DNA from: an uncultured bacterium
GTDB taxonomy: Bacteria; Chloroflexota; UBA5177; JANWHV01
Direction of reading: 5' to 3'
DNA length: 64,000 bases
Assembly (NCBI GenBank): GCA_963827235.1
Contig: CAWHAE010000010.1
Span: 992,001-1,056,000, forward strand
Position 1 is the first letter of the stretch. Every line of letters starts with the position of its first letter. Below, piece after piece: positions 22,125-33,983 of the stretch. The position numbers and the translations under genes were made by a program. A model generated the notes under the pieces. That model did no database searches. It was not told the DNA's origin and saw only the letters and a list, made by a program, of their open reading frames with translations.

Positions 22125-23153
22125 CTACTTGGCCCAGGCGGGCACAAAATCAAACCCCGTGGTGTCGACGTAGACGTCGGTATACAGGTCCTCGATCGGC
22201 GGCTCCGCGCTGGCCTCGGCGAAGGCCACGGCCTCGGCGACCACCCGCTGCGCATCGCTCTCCATGCGGTCGAGGTCCGCCTGCGTGACCACGCCGGCCT
22301 CGAGCAGCCACCTGGGGAACCGCTTTACAGGATCGTTGCTCTTGCGCTCGAGCACCTCTTCCTTGGAGCGGTAGAGCTGGGCGTCGACCGCCGAATGGCC
22401 TCTGTAACGATACGTCTCGGCCTCGATAAGCATGGGCCCATTGCCGGCGCGAATGTAGTCATATGCCGCGCAGCACTCCCGGTACACGGCCAGCACGTCC
22501 TGCCCATCCACGGTCTTAGTAGGCATGCCGTAGCCCGCGGCCTTTTCGGCAATGGTGGCGACTGCCGTGGTCTCCTTGATCGGCGTGCCCATGGCGTACT
22601 GGTTGTTCTCGCAGAGGAAGAGCACCGGAAGCTTCCACACGGACGCCAGGTTCAGCGACTCATGGAACTCACCCATGTCGGTCGCGCCGTCGCCGAAGAT
22701 CGTTACGGTGACCTCCCTACGGCCCCGGTACTGGCTGGCCAGGGCGTTGCCCACGGCGAGCGGCAGGTGCCCGGCCACGATGGCGTAGCCGCCGTAGAAA
22801 TTGCGGGCCGGGTCGCACAGGTGCATGGAGCCGCCTTTGCCGCGGCTGCAGCCGGTCACCTTGCCAAACAGCTCAGCCATGATGCCGTTGGGATCGGAGC
22901 CGCGGGCAAGCGCGTAGCCGTGATCACGGTAGTGCGAGAAGATGTGGTCGCGCGGCTCGAGCGCATTGATGGCACCCACTGCCACGGCCTCCTCACCGAT
23001 GTACAGGTGCAGGAACCCTCCGATATGGCCTGCCGCGTACATCTCGGCGCATTTCTGCTCGAAGCGGCGGATCAGCAGCATTTGGCGGTAGAAGTCGACC
23101 AGCTGTGCGGGCTCAAAGCCCTGAACGGTGCGCTCCTGTTGTTCGACGCTCAA
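22125..23153 (-). CDS. pdhA: Pyruvate dehydrogenase E1 alpha
   Basis: GGFLHLYIGEEA, GKGGSMH, GDGA TPP motif, YRYRGHS; TTG start after AGGAAGG. Confidence 0.95.
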   Translation of the reverse strand: MSVEQQERTVQGFEPAQLVDFYRQMLLIRRFEQKCAEMYAAGHIGGFLHLYIGEEAVAVGAINALEPRDHIFSHYRDHGYALARGSDPNGIMAELFGKVTGCSRGKGGSMHLCDPARNFYGGYAIVAGHLPLAVGNALASQYRGRREVTVTIFGDGATDMGEFHESLNLASVWKLPVLFLCENNQYAMGTPIKETTAVATIAEKAAGYGMPTKTVDGQDVLAVYRECCAAYDYIRAGNGPMLIEAETYRYRGHSAVDAQLYRSKEEVLERKSNDPVKRFPRWLLEAGVVTQADLDRMESDAQRVVAEAVAFAEASAEPPIEDLYTDVYVDTTGFDFVPAWAK

Positions 23154-23679
23154 CGTGTTGTATCCTTCCTGTCGACGGGGCCAGGCAGTGACTCGCATCA
23201 GGCTGGAATCGGCTTCAGGCCCACCTTCGTGGTGCAACCCGGTCAGTAGGCGAAACCCCGCGGCGCCGCCGCAAGGCTTGTCCCGGCACTATACAATCCC
23301 CCTCAAGAATACAGTACTCCAGGGTTCCGAGATCCCAAAGAGGCAGGAGATCACTGATCGATAGAGATCGCCGCCGCGGTACGCGTGGACGATACGCGCA
23401 TAGTGACCGGAGAGATGAAGTGGTCTTCCAACCCGGTCGGCGGTGCCGTGCAGGCGGACCCGACTCGAGAGCTGCAGGAGCTCGCTGCCTCGGGTCATTC
23501 GCGGGCGAGAGACGCGCTGTCCCCGGTGCGGTCGGCCGCGTACTGCTTCGCGCCGGCGGCAGGATTCACTCCAGAGGTGAAGAAGGTCAGCGCCGAATCG
23601 CCCGGAGTGCATGGGTGGTCGCGCGACGATCTCTCTTGGGGAGACGCCGCGTGGCACCGGCAAGTCCGGAGCAGCCGGC

Positions 23680-24249
23680 ATGAGCACAACACTGCCCGAG
23701 GAGGTGGCGGTCCTGGCGCGGCGACTGGCGAGAGAGCCGGCCACGGTGTTCGCCTGCGAGCTTCCGCGGCCGCCCGGGATCAACGAGTGGTGGGAGCCCG
23801 TCACCGTCCGGCGCGGCGCCCGGTCCGTGGCCTCGATGAAGCTCTCTCGCCGCGCCGAGCGCTATAAGTCGGCAGCCGAGGACCTGCTGCTGAGGCAGGG
23901 CGTCGACGTGGTGGCTCTCGAGGACGACTTCCGCGATCTCTGGCTGCGGCTCTACGTGACGTCCTTCGTGGCCACGCCGATGGAACGCGACGTCGATGGA
24001 CCGCTCAAGCCCATGCAGGACTTCATCTGCCGGCTGCTCGGCGCCAACGACGCGCGCGTTCGCGTGGCCACTGCCTCGCTGATGCTGGATCCGGGACGAC
24101 CACGCGTCGAGGTGCGCGTCGAAGGCTATCGCGTGTGGGCGGCCGGTGAGGCGGGTCCACCCTATTACCTGCTCAAGACAGCGGATACGCCGTTGGGCCG
24201 GCGCAGCGTGGCTCTGCCGGTAACCGCTCGCAGACGACCATTGGAGTAG
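23680..24249 (+). CDS. Hypothetical protein
   Basis: Protein-like ORF MSTTLPEEVAVLARRLAREP... with GC3 codon bias. Confidence 0.65.
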   Translation: MSTTLPEEVAVLARRLAREPATVFACELPRPPGINEWWEPVTVRRGARSVASMKLSRRAERYKSAAEDLLLRQGVDVVALEDDFRDLWLRLYVTSFVATPMERDVDGPLKPMQDFICRLLGANDARVRVATASLMLDPGRPRVEVRVEGYRVWAAGEAGPPYYLLKTADTPLGRRSVALPVTARRRPLE

Positions 24250-24424
24250 CCGGCCGGTAATGACGGCGGCGCCCCGAGCGGCGGGTCGTCCAGCGCCGAG
24301 GAACGGCCGCGGACCTACGACGTCGTACTCCGTAAGCAGGGCGAGACGCGCGACAGATTGGCGAGGACGTCGAATGAGCGTCTGCCGGACATGACGCCAA
24401 GGCATTTCCGGGTGTGAACGGCGG

Positions 24425-25663
24425 CTAGATCACCCGGCGACCACCGGCTATCACGGAGCGGACAAGGTTGACGCCGAAGTGGTAGGGGATATCCAGGTAG
24501 CTGCGGGCGTCCAGGACAATCAAATCGGCGCGCTTGCCCTGCTCCAGGCTGCCCACCTCGTGCTCGAGGCGCAGAGCGCGTGCACCACCCAACGTGGCGG
24601 CCGTCACGGCTTCCTCCACGGACATGCGCAGGGTAATGCAGGCAAGGGCGATAATGAGCTGCATGTTCTCGGTGAAACAGGTGCCGGGATTGCAGTCCGT
24701 GGCCAGGGCCACGGTAATCCCGCTATTGAGCAGGCCGCGGGCGGGCGCGTGAGAGCCGTGCGCCAAACAGAAGCTGGTGCCGGGAAGGAGCGTGGCCACG
24801 ACGCCGGCTTCCGCCAGGCGCTCGATGCCGTCGAGCGTGACCTGAATGAGATGGTCGGCCGAGGCGGCGTGATACTCCGCGGCCAGCTGGGCGGCGCCGA
24901 TAGACGCCAGCTCGTCGGCGTGGATGCGCAGGTCGAGGCCGAGCCGGCGGGCCGCGTCGAAGATCCTGCGCGTCTGGGCAACGGAAAAGGCGCCCTGGTC
25001 GCAGAACGCATCGCAGAACGCGGCCAGGCCGGTCACTTCCGGCAGCATCTCGGAGACGATCAGGTCGACGTAGGCATCCGGATCGGCGCGGTAGTCGGCA
25101 GGCACGGCGTGAGCGCCCAGAAAGGTGGGCACTACGAGCCCGGGGAAATCCGCCTGTAGCCGCTGGACTGCCGCCAGGCTGCGCACCTCATCGCGCGTGG
25201 TCAGTCCATAGCCGCTCTTGGCCTCAAACGTGGTGGTGCCATAGCGCAAGAACGTATCGGCGCGCGCTCGCAGGCAACGCAGCAGCTCGTCGTCCGAGGC
25301 CGCTCGCGTGGCCGCGACGCTGCTCAAGATGCCGCCCTCGCCGCGCTCGAGCAGCGTGCCGTAGCTCTCGTGGCCGGCGGCCCTGGCCGCGAACTCCGCC
25401 GCCCGATTGCCGGCGAATACCGGATGCGTGTGGCTGTCGACGAAGCCCGGCAGCACGCACAGACCCATGGCATCCACGACGACCGCGCACTCCACCAGCG
25501 CGGCGGGCAACGCCGCTTCCGGCCCGACCCACGTGATACGGCCCAGCTCGGCAACCAGCGCCGCCCCGGCGATCACGCCCAGAGGTCCGGCCGCGCCCTC
25601 CACGGGACGCCGGGCCACGGTCACCAGGCTGCCGATGTTGCGGACGACCAGACGGTCCGGCAC
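24425..25663 (-). CDS. hutI: Imidazolonepropionase
   Basis: PGFVDSHTH, EAKSGYGL, IHADEL, SADHL, ATDCNPG. Confidence 0.96.
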   Translation of the reverse strand: MPDRLVVRNIGSLVTVARRPVEGAAGPLGVIAGAALVAELGRITWVGPEAALPAALVECAVVVDAMGLCVLPGFVDSHTHPVFAGNRAAEFAARAAGHESYGTLLERGEGGILSSVAATRAASDDELLRCLRARADTFLRYGTTTFEAKSGYGLTTRDEVRSLAAVQRLQADFPGLVVPTFLGAHAVPADYRADPDAYVDLIVSEMLPEVTGLAAFCDAFCDQGAFSVAQTRRIFDAARRLGLDLRIHADELASIGAAQLAAEYHAASADHLIQVTLDGIERLAEAGVVATLLPGTSFCLAHGSHAPARGLLNSGITVALATDCNPGTCFTENMQLIIALACITLRMSVEEAVTAATLGGARALRLEHEVGSLEQGKRADLIVLDARSYLDIPYHFGVNLVRSVIAGGRRVI

Positions 25664-25671
25664 CGCCGACC

Positions 25672-26160
25672 TCAGGCCAGCGGCATCGACTTGCCGCGCC
25701 GCTGATACCCCTTGGTGAGCGTCTCGTCGATCAGCGGCGGATCATAGAACATCTGGGAGCGTTCGATCTCGCCCTTCGGGTTCTTCACCGTGAAGGACAC
25801 CAGGATGCCGCCGCTCAGCTCGACCAGACAGACGTTGGTGGCGCGCGCCTCATCGAGGTCGAAGCCCAGGGCGCGGAAGAAGTCCTCGTACCCGGTAGGG
25901 CACAATGGCGGCATCTTCACGTCGTTGACCGCCACGCCGCGCACCTGCTCCTGGCTGCTGATCAGGGCCATCACGTCGCTCATCGGCAGGGCGATGCCCT
26001 CGGCCTTGAGGTTGGCGAGGTGTCCGGGGAAAGCGCGAGCCACGTAACCGTCCTCTACTTCGGAGATGAGGACGTGCCTGTAGACATTTCTGTCGAAATA
26101 CCGCCCGATCGCCCGAAGCGCATCCTGATAGGTCGGCCGCTCGGTCCTTTGCACGCTCAT
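25672..26160 (-). CDS. Hypothetical protein with an internal two-fold repeat
   Basis: YQDALRAIGRYFD...ISEVEDG resembles YEDFFRALGFDLD...LVELSGG. Confidence 0.75.
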   Translation of the reverse strand: MSVQRTERPTYQDALRAIGRYFDRNVYRHVLISEVEDGYVARAFPGHLANLKAEGIALPMSDVMALISSQEQVRGVAVNDVKMPPLCPTGYEDFFRALGFDLDEARATNVCLVELSGGILVSFTVKNPKGEIERSQMFYDPPLIDETLTKGYQRRGKSMPLA

Positions 26161-26441
26161 CCTCCCGACGTACAAGCAGGCACGTGTCCCGACATACGAG
26201 CCCGCCCCCGGGCGAGCCGCACCGGCTGTGCCTCGCTACCTGACACTATCCGCCCATCAGGACCGCGCCGTCAAGGGCGGGAGAATAGGACGATTGGGGT
26301 GTCCCGGCATCAGAGCCGCGGTCCCCCTGCCGGGAAACCCCCGCTCCTTGTACCGGCGACTGCCCGGGTACACGCAGCGGCCACGTCGCCAGTGGCTGAG
26401 CCGGGCATAGGGCAGGCGGCATGACAAGGTTGCCGCCTGAA

Positions 26442-27065
26442 CTAGAATCCGGCGGCGCGCAGGCGCTTGTCCACGATACGACCGATCGCCGCTACCTGCG
26501 TGGGCGTGAACTTGCCGTTCAGGCCGGTGACCCGTACCAGGCAAAGCGCTCGCCCCCGGCGGAAGACAAGGTCGATGACCCGGTCATTCCTGCCGGTGGT
26601 ACCGGCTGCCTGAGAACGGGCAAAGTAGGTGTCGCCGACCGGCGGAACACTGACGATGTCGCTCGCATGCCCTACACGTGCCGATTCAGCCAGGTCGTAA
26701 TCGGTGTGGGCAGTCTGCTCGGACGCATACAGTAGAATGTCGCTCTCCACGGCGACAATCGGCCGCGTCTTGGGAGGCACCAGAAGCTCCAGGTCGGCGG
26801 CCATCAGGCCGGTCAGCCGCAAGCGGAACACGTGGGAGCCGCCATTCGCCACCAGCTGCTGACCGGTGAGCAGCCGGCTACTATATACCTTCGTACCGGA
26901 AAACAGGTCGGCGGCGCCCAAGTTGAGCGAAGCAAGAGACGGCGCTGCCACGGCCAGCCCGGCCGGCGCCAGCCCAAGCATCAAACCGAATAGCCACATC
27001 CAGACACCGTATACTGCCGTACGACGCCGAAGGCCGGTCCGAATCACCGATGCGGTGGACTGCAT
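26442..27065 (-). CDS. Secreted hypothetical protein
   Basis: Signal-peptide-like WLFGLMLGLAPAGLAVAA. Confidence 0.65.
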   Translation of the reverse strand: MQSTASVIRTGLRRRTAVYGVWMWLFGLMLGLAPAGLAVAAPSLASLNLGAADLFSGTKVYSSRLLTGQQLVANGGSHVFRLRLTGLMAADLELLVPPKTRPIVAVESDILLYASEQTAHTDYDLAESARVGHASDIVSVPPVGDTYFARSQAAGTTGRNDRVIDLVFRRGRALCLVRVTGLNGKFTPTQVAAIGRIVDKRLRAAGF

Positions 27066-27224
27066 GGGGAACGATTCGCCTCCAACTGTGTTGCCGGGGT
27101 ACATCTACAGGCGATCGACCGTAAACGGCCGGACGGAGCCTGATGCTTGTCGTGCCGAGTCCTGGCGCGTCCCTACCGCACCGACTGGAGCAGCATAGCA
27201 CACGGGCCGAGACTCCGCATTGCC

Positions 27225-27479
27225 CTAATCGGCGCCGATCTCCAGGGGAGTCGGCCGTCCGTCGAACCGCGCCGGCAGGCCAGGGGCGGTTGCCGTCGGC
27301 AGCGGCACCACCGGCGTGGCAGTGACGACCGCCGCGATGCTGGTCCGGGGCACCACCGACCGGTGCCCGGAGCCATGCACGAGCACTACCAGCAGGCACA
27401 AGCACAGCACTGCCAGCGCGCCTACCACCATGTACTGCCAGGGCTGGGCCGGCTGCGCGAATGCCTTGCGATCGAGCAT
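27225..27479 (-). CDS. Small single-TM protein
   Basis: YMVVGALAVLCLCLLVVLV; follows the Tad genes. Confidence 0.5.
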   Translation of the reverse strand: MLDRKAFAQPAQPWQYMVVGALAVLCLCLLVVLVHGSGHRSVVPRTSIAAVVTATPVVPLPTATAPGLPARFDGRPTPLEIGAD

Positions 27480-27496
27480 CGGTCTTCTGCGCCCTT

Positions 27497-30400
27497 CTAC
27501 TTCACCAGGTGCACTGGCGAGCCTTTGACTGCCAGGGTCATGGTCAGGCGGTCGGACGCCAGGATGGTGCCGTTGAGGATTGGCCGTGGCACCGGCACAT
27601 ACTGCAGCTTCCAGTAACCGCCGTTGTAGCTCGTGGGGATCTTCACGTCGATGTAGAGCCAAGATCCGTCGAAGAAATAGTGTCCGTCCTCGGCGACCAT
27701 CACACCCGGGATGCCGGTCAGGCTCGAATCGACGCCGTTCTCGTTCTCCTCCCAAGAGACCGGGTAGCTGCTGATCTCAGATGCGGGATTGTCGGTGGGG
27801 TCTGTGTCCAGCAACGGCTGTTGCACTTCCGGCCAGGTCACGCCGCTGCCGGTGTAGAGCGCCGCTCCCGAGGCCATGTGGCTCATCAAGTAGGTGGCAT
27901 CGTTGTCGCTTATGGGGGTGCCCTGCGCATTGAGGCCGGAAGGATTAGCCGTGTCGCCGGTGCGGCCGGTACCCGTATCGGCCTTGGCCCACCACTGGAA
28001 GGGCTGGAACTGCCCAGTGGGGTCGACCACTGCCATCCAGGCGGAGCCGAGATGCTGGCAGTCCACGACGTCGCCGGGGCCGAACAGGCCGATCTCAAGC
28101 GTGCGGCCGGCGTACGTGCTGGGCACGTAGCCGATGGGGATGACGGCGCCAGGGTTGTTGGGCGGTGCCGGCGTAGGCGTAATGGTCGGCGTCTGTGTGA
28201 TCGTAGGCGTCGACGTGCCCGTCGGCGTGAGCGAGCTGGTGGAGGTCGGCGTGTTGGTCGTCGTTCGGGTGATGGTCGGCGTCACCGTGCTGGTACACGG
28301 TCCGGGCGAGCAGGTCGAGGCGGTGCTAGTGCGCGTGGCCGTCGCGGTACTCGTCACGGTCGCGGTATTCGTCCCGGTCGTCGTGGACGTCGGCGTCGTG
28401 GTCGGCGTCGAAGTCGCCGTATGCGTGGGCAGCGGCGTGCCCGGCGTGGTCTGTTCGTTCACATTCGGCACGTAGATGCCTGCTGAGCCATCGCCGTACA
28501 CGAGCGGCCAGTCCGAATTCTTGGGCTCCGCGGCATTCGGCAGGACTCCGCCCGGGCATTCACCGGCCGGGTTGGGCGTGGAATCATCAGGGCAGGCAAA
28601 AGCGTCGCCAGTACTCAGCTCGCCCGCCGTGCAGTACTGGGTCCTGGCCGGCGAGCTGTTGGTGGCATAGTCCGCGTTGCACCACGCGGCGCCAGGATTG
28701 GCACCGGCCTTGACGGCTGGGTCGGGGGCTTCGCCGTCGATGCTGACAGAGTTATTCTTTCCCATGTGCAGGCCGTCGGTGCGCACCGGGGTGCCGCCCG
28801 TGCTGGGCAGCAGCGGCACGTTGGTGGTCCCGTCCGAGCTTGGCGTGTAAACCGGGTAGTCGACTACCCAGCCGGCACCGCCGTTCGTCGGCACGAGCGT
28901 CGCGCTGCACAGCGGGCAGGTCTTGTCGGTCGGGAAGGCGCCGATAGCGAAATTGTTGACGTTCTGCTCGGTGTATGGCTTCAGCGAGTACCCGTAGTAA
29001 TCGGGCACCGTGCCATCGGAGGTGGTGGGATCGGTATCGCCCGTGGAGCCGGTCGTGTAGACCTGCACGTAGTAGTAGCTGGTGGGCGGTGCATCCGCGG
29101 CGGCCGCCGGGATCTCGCCCAGCCAGCGCCAGACAAAGGCATCGTTCTTGGGCTTCGCAGTACCGGTGAGCGGTCCTGTCCCATCGTATATCTCGGTCGC
29201 CGCCTTGTAGCTACCGTCGGCCACCGGAATGCCGGGCTCGGAGGGCAGGTTGGCCTCGCCGCCGCTGGCCTGCTGGCCAACCCATACCGGCGTGGCGGCA
29301 TCGGAGCCGTCGGTGGGCGGAGTCGCCGTCGCCGGCTCGTTCGGAGAGCAGGAGTTGTTGGTGACTACCGGGATGGGGGCATCGATGCCCAGCATATTGT
29401 CGCCGGTAACCACACCGCTGGTAAGCTGGGACCGCTGGCTGACTGCCTCCCGGTCGGCACCGGACTGGTAGAGGCGGAAGTGCGTGGTCCAGGGCTGCGG
29501 GTACACGTAGGCAGCGTAGTCCCCGCCGACGTAGGCCGCGGTGTTGTTGAAGAGCGAGGTCACGCGAGCGTAGCCCGGGTCGTCGGGGTACTGGTCGACG
29601 TAGTTTCCGTTCACGTCCGTGGCGGGACTCTCGGGTCCCTGACCCTGGTGCATGTTGGACTGGTCGACCGTATCGTTGCGCGGAATGTACACCGTGACGG
29701 CGCCGTTCGTGATATCCCACCCACCGCCGGCGTTTGCGTTGTACGGCATGGGCTGGAACACCTTTGGGCAGACGTTGTTGAAGAGGTATGTGTTCTCGAT
29801 CGTAGCGGCGTCACCCGGACTGTAGATCCAGACTTCCACGGGCGAGGTATTATGGTGCACCTCGACCGTGTACCAGTAGCCCAGGTTCGTGCAGTCCGGG
29901 TTGGCGTTCGCAGTGCCGGAGTCAACGCAGTTGTTGCCGTTCGCCGGGCCCACGGCCGCCTGGTTCATGAACGGCGGCACGGAGCCTCCGTTGAGCGGCG
30001 TGTTCGTCGGCTTGGGCGTCTTCGTGGGCGTCTGCGTAAAGGTATTGGTCGGCGTGAACGTATTGGTAGGCGTAAACGTGTCGGTGGGCGTGAACGTGTT
30101 GGTCGGCGTGTTCGTGCGCGTGTTGGTCGGCGTCCGCGTGTAGGTCGGCGTGTTGGTGAAGGTCGGCGTATTGGTCGGCGTCTGCGTGATCGTCGGCGTG
30201 CTGGTCTGCGTCTTGGTGCTGGTCGGCGTCCTGGTGCTCGTCGCCGTCGGCGTCTGCGTGATGGTCGGCGTGTAGGTGTTCGTAGGCGTGTTGGTGAACG
30301 TGGCCGTGTTGGTCGGCGTGCTGGTCTTGGTCGGTGTCTGCGTGATGGTCGGCGTGTTGGTGAATGTCGGCGTGTAGGTGTTCGTCGCCGTGTTGGTCGG

Positions 30401-31738
30401 CGTGTTGGTCTTGGTCGGCGTCTGCGTGATGGTCGGCGTATTGGTCTTGGTCGGCGTCTGCGTGATGGTCGGGGTCTGAGTCCTGGTCGGGGTCTGAGTT
30501 ACGGTCGGCGTCTGCGTCCTGGTCGGCGTGTTGGTGTATGTCGCCGTAGTGGTCGGCGTCTGCGTGATGGTGGGCGTCTGCGTCCTGGTCGGCGTCTGCG
30601 TGATAGTCGGCGTCTGCGTGATGGTCCCCGTAGTGCTCGGCGTCTGCGTGATGCTCGGCGTCTGCGTAATGCTCGGCGTGTTTGTCACCGTGAATGTGGC
30701 GGTCGGACAGTGCCAATGACACACATGCGGCGTTGGCGTGGGGGTAACCGTGAACGTGCTCGTATCGACCGGCGTCTGCGTGAAGGTATCGGTCGGCGTG
30801 TTCGTCGAGGTGGTCGTGCCCGTGTTCGTCTGGGTCGGCGTGTCCGTGGTCGTCGGCGTCTGCGTGATGGTCGGCGTGTCCGTCAACGACGGAGTCTCCG
30901 TGACGGTCGGCGTGCCGGTAGCGGTGCTGGTGGCAGTCGGCAGCGGGCATCGGCTGGCAGGCAATGAGTTGGCGATGTAGGTGCTCTCGAAGGGATCGCC
31001 GTATTCCTTGGCCGTGGAGCCGGCGTTGATGGAAAGCCAGTAGTTCTGCGGCTGCCAGTGGTACTGGTCCGGGGTGCCGAGGGCAGCGGTGTCGTAGCCA
31101 AGCACGTTGGTGGCGGCACCCATCTGCATGGTGGAGTCGTATTCGGAGGTGGCAGACTTGCTGATACCGATCTGGTTGTAGCCGATCACCTTCATGAAGG
31201 TGGTCGGCATCTTCCAGGACAGGGATACGCTGAGCTGGTGGTCGATCAGCTGGCCGTTCGAGGGATCGAAGACCTCGGCCACGCAGATCTCGTAGGTGGC
31301 GCCCGCCGGCCAGCTGGTGGGACAGTTGTTGCTCATGGCGTAGTCGTTGAAGGCCTGCAGGTCGGTAGCGCTGGGCTTCGGCTCGTCGGCGTTGGCGAAG
31401 CCGTTCTGCTGCAGGACGCGGAAGGCGCGGGTGATCGCGTTGTCGCACTGGTTCCGGCTGGCGTCGGCGCCGCATGCATAGGTGTTGTAGTCATTCGGCA
31501 TGAAGACCACGCCGGCCAGGGCGGCACTGTCGGCAGCGCGCTGGGTGTCCCCGGCCTGGAATTGGGCGCGAGCGACATCGGTAATCAGGGCGAGGAAGCA
31601 AAGGAGCACGACGATGAACAGAGCGAGGAGTATCACCACCTGGCCGTCCTCCGGCGCACGAACGTGATCACCGCCCCGTAGCATTCCGCTGCGGGACGGG
31701 TGGCGGGTCAAGCCGTGTCGCGTGCTCTCGTCGTTCAT
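27497..31738 (-). CDS. Large TadG-like pilus protein with mucin-like Thr/Pro stalks
   Basis: [28 protein letters not shown]...[11 protein letters not shown] (Tad domain), followed by TxTPT repeats and Cys-containing globular parts. Confidence 0.88.
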   Translation of the reverse strand: MNDESTRHGLTRHPSRSGMLRGGDHVRAPEDGQVVILLALFIVVLLCFLALITDVARAQFQAGDTQRAADSAALAGVVFMPNDYNTYACGADASRNQCDNAITRAFRVLQQNGFANADEPKPSATDLQAFNDYAMSNNCPTSWPAGATYEICVAEVFDPSNGQLIDHQLSVSLSWKMPTTFMKVIGYNQIGISKSATSEYDSTMQMGAATNVLGYDTAALGTPDQYHWQPQNYWLSINAGSTAKEYGDPFESTYIANSLPASRCPLPTATSTATGTPTVTETPSLTDTPTITQTPTTTDTPTQTNTGTTTSTNTPTDTFTQTPVDTSTFTVTPTPTPHVCHWHCPTATFTVTNTPSITQTPSITQTPSTTGTITQTPTITQTPTRTQTPTITQTPTTTATYTNTPTRTQTPTVTQTPTRTQTPTITQTPTKTNTPTITQTPTKTNTPTNTATNTYTPTFTNTPTITQTPTKTSTPTNTATFTNTPTNTYTPTITQTPTATSTRTPTSTKTQTSTPTITQTPTNTPTFTNTPTYTRTPTNTRTNTPTNTFTPTDTFTPTNTFTPTNTFTQTPTKTPKPTNTPLNGGSVPPFMNQAAVGPANGNNCVDSGTANANPDCTNLGYWYTVEVHHNTSPVEVWIYSPGDAATIENTYLFNNVCPKVFQPMPYNANAGGGWDITNGAVTVYIPRNDTVDQSNMHQGQGPESPATDVNGNYVDQYPDDPGYARVTSLFNNTAAYVGGDYAAYVYPQPWTTHFRLYQSGADREAVSQRSQLTSGVVTGDNMLGIDAPIPVVTNNSCSPNEPATATPPTDGSDAATPVWVGQQASGGEANLPSEPGIPVADGSYKAATEIYDGTGPLTGTAKPKNDAFVWRWLGEIPAAAADAPPTSYYYVQVYTTGSTGDTDPTTSDGTVPDYYGYSLKPYTEQNVNNFAIGAFPTDKTCPLCSATLVPTNGGAGWVVDYPVYTPSSDGTTNVPLLPSTGGTPVRTDGLHMGKNNSVSIDGEAPDPAVKAGANPGAAWCNADYATNSSPARTQYCTAGELSTGDAFACPDDSTPNPAGECPGGVLPNAAEPKNSDWPLVYGDGSAGIYVPNVNEQTTPGTPLPTHTATSTPTTTPTSTTTGTNTATVTSTATATRTSTASTCSPGPCTSTVTPTITRTTTNTPTSTSSLTPTGTSTPTITQTPTITPTPAPPNNPGAVIPIGYVPSTYAGRTLEIGLFGPGDVVDCQHLGSAWMAVVDPTGQFQPFQWWAKADTGTGRTGDTANPSGLNAQGTPISDNDATYLMSHMASGAALYTGSGVTWPEVQQPLLDTDPTDNPASEISSYPVSWEENENGVDSSLTGIPGVMVAEDGHYFFDGSWLYIDVKIPTSYNGGYWKLQYVPVPRPILNGTILASDRLTMTLAVKGSPVHLVK
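29995..30945 (-). repeat. Coding tandem repeat (about 18-nt units; [18 protein letters not shown])
   Basis: Dozens of gtcggcgtctgcgtgatg / gtcggcgtgttg units; a shorter second block lies at about 28170-28450. Confidence 0.9.
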
Positions 31739-31772
31739 CGGTGGGCCTCCGCGAGTGATCATGACAGAATGA

Positions 31773-32732
31773 TTAAGTGGGCGGACTCATCATGAAAGCG
31801 GCCTGGTCGGTCATGCGCAGCATGTGGCTGTTTCCCAGAAATACGTTTGCCAGGACCTGGAAGAGCGGCGTATGGAACTGATAGTCGTAGGTGACCTGCA
31901 CGCCGAAGCTATCCGGCCAGGGCGTGTCGCTGGTTGGGCTGCCTCCGGAGAGCGTCACCAGCTTGTCCGAGATGTTGTTTCGCCAGCGCGGCGGCCAGTT
32001 TCCCTTGGCGAAGCTGGTAGGCACGCAGGCAGCGTTGAGCGTGCCGGTGCCGGAGTTGTCGGGGTAGGGCAGGCAGTTGGTCACGCTCTGGCCGTCCAGG
32101 AGCGATGAGCCGCAAGTCGGCGTGGTGGCGTACGTGGGCGGGGACGTGGTGGTGTAGCCGCTGGTCAGGGTCGGGCTGAAGACGCTGGCGGCGCCGCCGT
32201 GGAACAGATTGTAGATCGCGCCCTCGCCGTTGCCGTTCCCGGCACCTGAGCTTATGTCAGCGCCCGAGCCGGGATCATAGTCCGAGTAATAGTAGTCGCC
32301 GACATAGGCCTGCGTGTTCCAGTAGGCGTTGGGATCGCTGGTGGACGGCAGCCCCGTGCTGTCATCGCCGGTTGCGGCCGACCGCGGCGCGTCGGTGCCG
32401 CTGTTGGTATCCGCGGCGTACAGGAGCACGGAGCGAACGTGGTTGGTGTCGATGGTGGTGCCCTGCAGCCGATCGGCGATGTCCTCGAGCACCGCGTAGT
32501 CGGCCAGGCAACCGGGAGCTACCGAGCTGCCGGCGCCGTCGAGAGTGCCGCCCATGGAACCGTAGTGCGAGGCCTGGCGCACGGTGTCCTCAAGGATGAC
32601 GTGGGCATTGATGATGAAGCCGAATTCGATGGCGCCGAAGAGCACGATGATCAGGATGGGGATGGCAAGTGCGAATTCGACCATAGCCTGGCCGGGATGA
32701 TGGCGGAAGTGGCGGAGCCACCGGCGGCGCAT
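31773..32732 (-). CDS. TadE/TadG-family pseudopilin
   Basis: [25 protein letters not shown]. Confidence 0.9.
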   Translation of the reverse strand: MRRRWLRHFRHHPGQAMVEFALAIPILIIVLFGAIEFGFIINAHVILEDTVRQASHYGSMGGTLDGAGSSVAPGCLADYAVLEDIADRLQGTTIDTNHVRSVLLYAADTNSGTDAPRSAATGDDSTGLPSTSDPNAYWNTQAYVGDYYYSDYDPGSGADISSGAGNGNGEGAIYNLFHGGAASVFSPTLTSGYTTTSPPTYATTPTCGSSLLDGQSVTNCLPYPDNSGTGTLNAACVPTSFAKGNWPPRWRNNISDKLVTLSGGSPTSDTPWPDSFGVQVTYDYQFHTPLFQVLANVFLGNSHMLRMTDQAAFMMSPPT

Positions 32733-32745
32733 CGACTTCACCTCC

Positions 32746-33642
32746 CTAACTCGAGCTCGTGCTGACCACGGGCTCGACGCGTGCACGCGCGTGCGCCGTG
32801 ATGGTAAAGCCGAAGCCGAGTGGACCGCTGCCCATCGGCTTCCAGGTGTAGTTGACGGCCACGTCCAGCTCGTCGGGAAGTACCTGACCCGTGTCCGTGG
32901 CCGACGTGCTCACCGTGTCCGTCCGATCGGAGGGGTAGTAGTAGCAGAGGTGGGTGGTAACGCCGGCGGCCTCGCCGTTGTTCAGGCAGGGGTCGTTCGT
33001 CCCCGGCGGAGCGTCTCGCCCGCAGCCGCTGAGCAGGTCGGCATCGCTGGGCACGTGTGCCTGGGCCTCGGCGTCGGTGGTGAGGTTGACCTGGTCGCTG
33101 CTGTCCAGGAAGACGTCCCCGCTGCTCGGGTCCTCATGTGTGTTGTAGAAGTACTGGCACGGCGTCGGAACGGCGCCGTACTGTGAAGCCAGGGCGGACG
33201 AATTCTGGCTGATATAGTCATAGGGATTGACGTCAAAGCTGTGCGTGCTCATCTCGTAGGTGTAGAAGTTCTCGTACAGGCTGCCCGCTCCGGCATCGGT
33301 GAGCGCGCGGCTCTGTACGAGCTGGACGTCGTAGTAGTTCGCCCGGTCCGGGTTATCCGAACGCAGCGAGGCACGCAGGATCTGCCCGATCGCGTCATCG
33401 TAGGAAGGATTATTGCCCGTCGCGTAGTTGATCAGGGTGGCCTGGCGCACGGAGGTGGAAACCGCGGAGTTGTAGTCGATCACGGTATGGATCGCCAGGG
33501 AGAAGAACAAGATAGCCAGCAGGCAGAGCAGGAACGCGGGAAGAATGAGCATGAACTCCACCATGGATTGCCCATCCATGGCCACCACGGCGCGCGCGGA
33601 CACCCGCTGCGGCTTGCACGTGGAATGGCGGCGAATCACCAC
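32746..33642 (-). CDS. TadE-family pseudopilin
   Basis: GQSMVEFMLILPAFLLCLLAILFF; start uncertain. Confidence 0.88.
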   Translation of the reverse strand: MVIRRHSTCKPQRVSARAVVAMDGQSMVEFMLILPAFLLCLLAILFFSLAIHTVIDYNSAVSTSVRQATLINYATGNNPSYDDAIGQILRASLRSDNPDRANYYDVQLVQSRALTDAGAGSLYENFYTYEMSTHSFDVNPYDYISQNSSALASQYGAVPTPCQYFYNTHEDPSSGDVFLDSSDQVNLTTDAEAQAHVPSDADLLSGCGRDAPPGTNDPCLNNGEAAGVTTHLCYYYPSDRTDTVSTSATDTGQVLPDELDVAVNYTWKPMGSGPLGFGFTITAHARARVEPVVSTSSS

Positions 33643-33983
33643 GCGAACCCCTCTTCGGCCGCTAAAATGCTGCGATAGCGCCTGAGTACGCTTCTTGCGT
33701 CGTACAGTATACGCTGGACATCCGGCGCGGAACATCACACAGGATGGCTATGCCACGGTGCCCTATTTGTGCTATCGACCCGGATTCCATTCGTGCTATT
33801 GCCTGACACCACATTTGTGTCGATGCTGCAATAAGTGATGATCAGTCTCTTGAACGTGCCGGAGGTGGCCGTGGGACCTGGGGAGCCCGCCGAGCCCAGG
33901 CGTCCGCGGCAATGGGCGCTTGTGATCGCCGCGGCCCGCGGATCATGTTCCGGACGCATAGCCGGCACGGCCGGCAAACGAGC

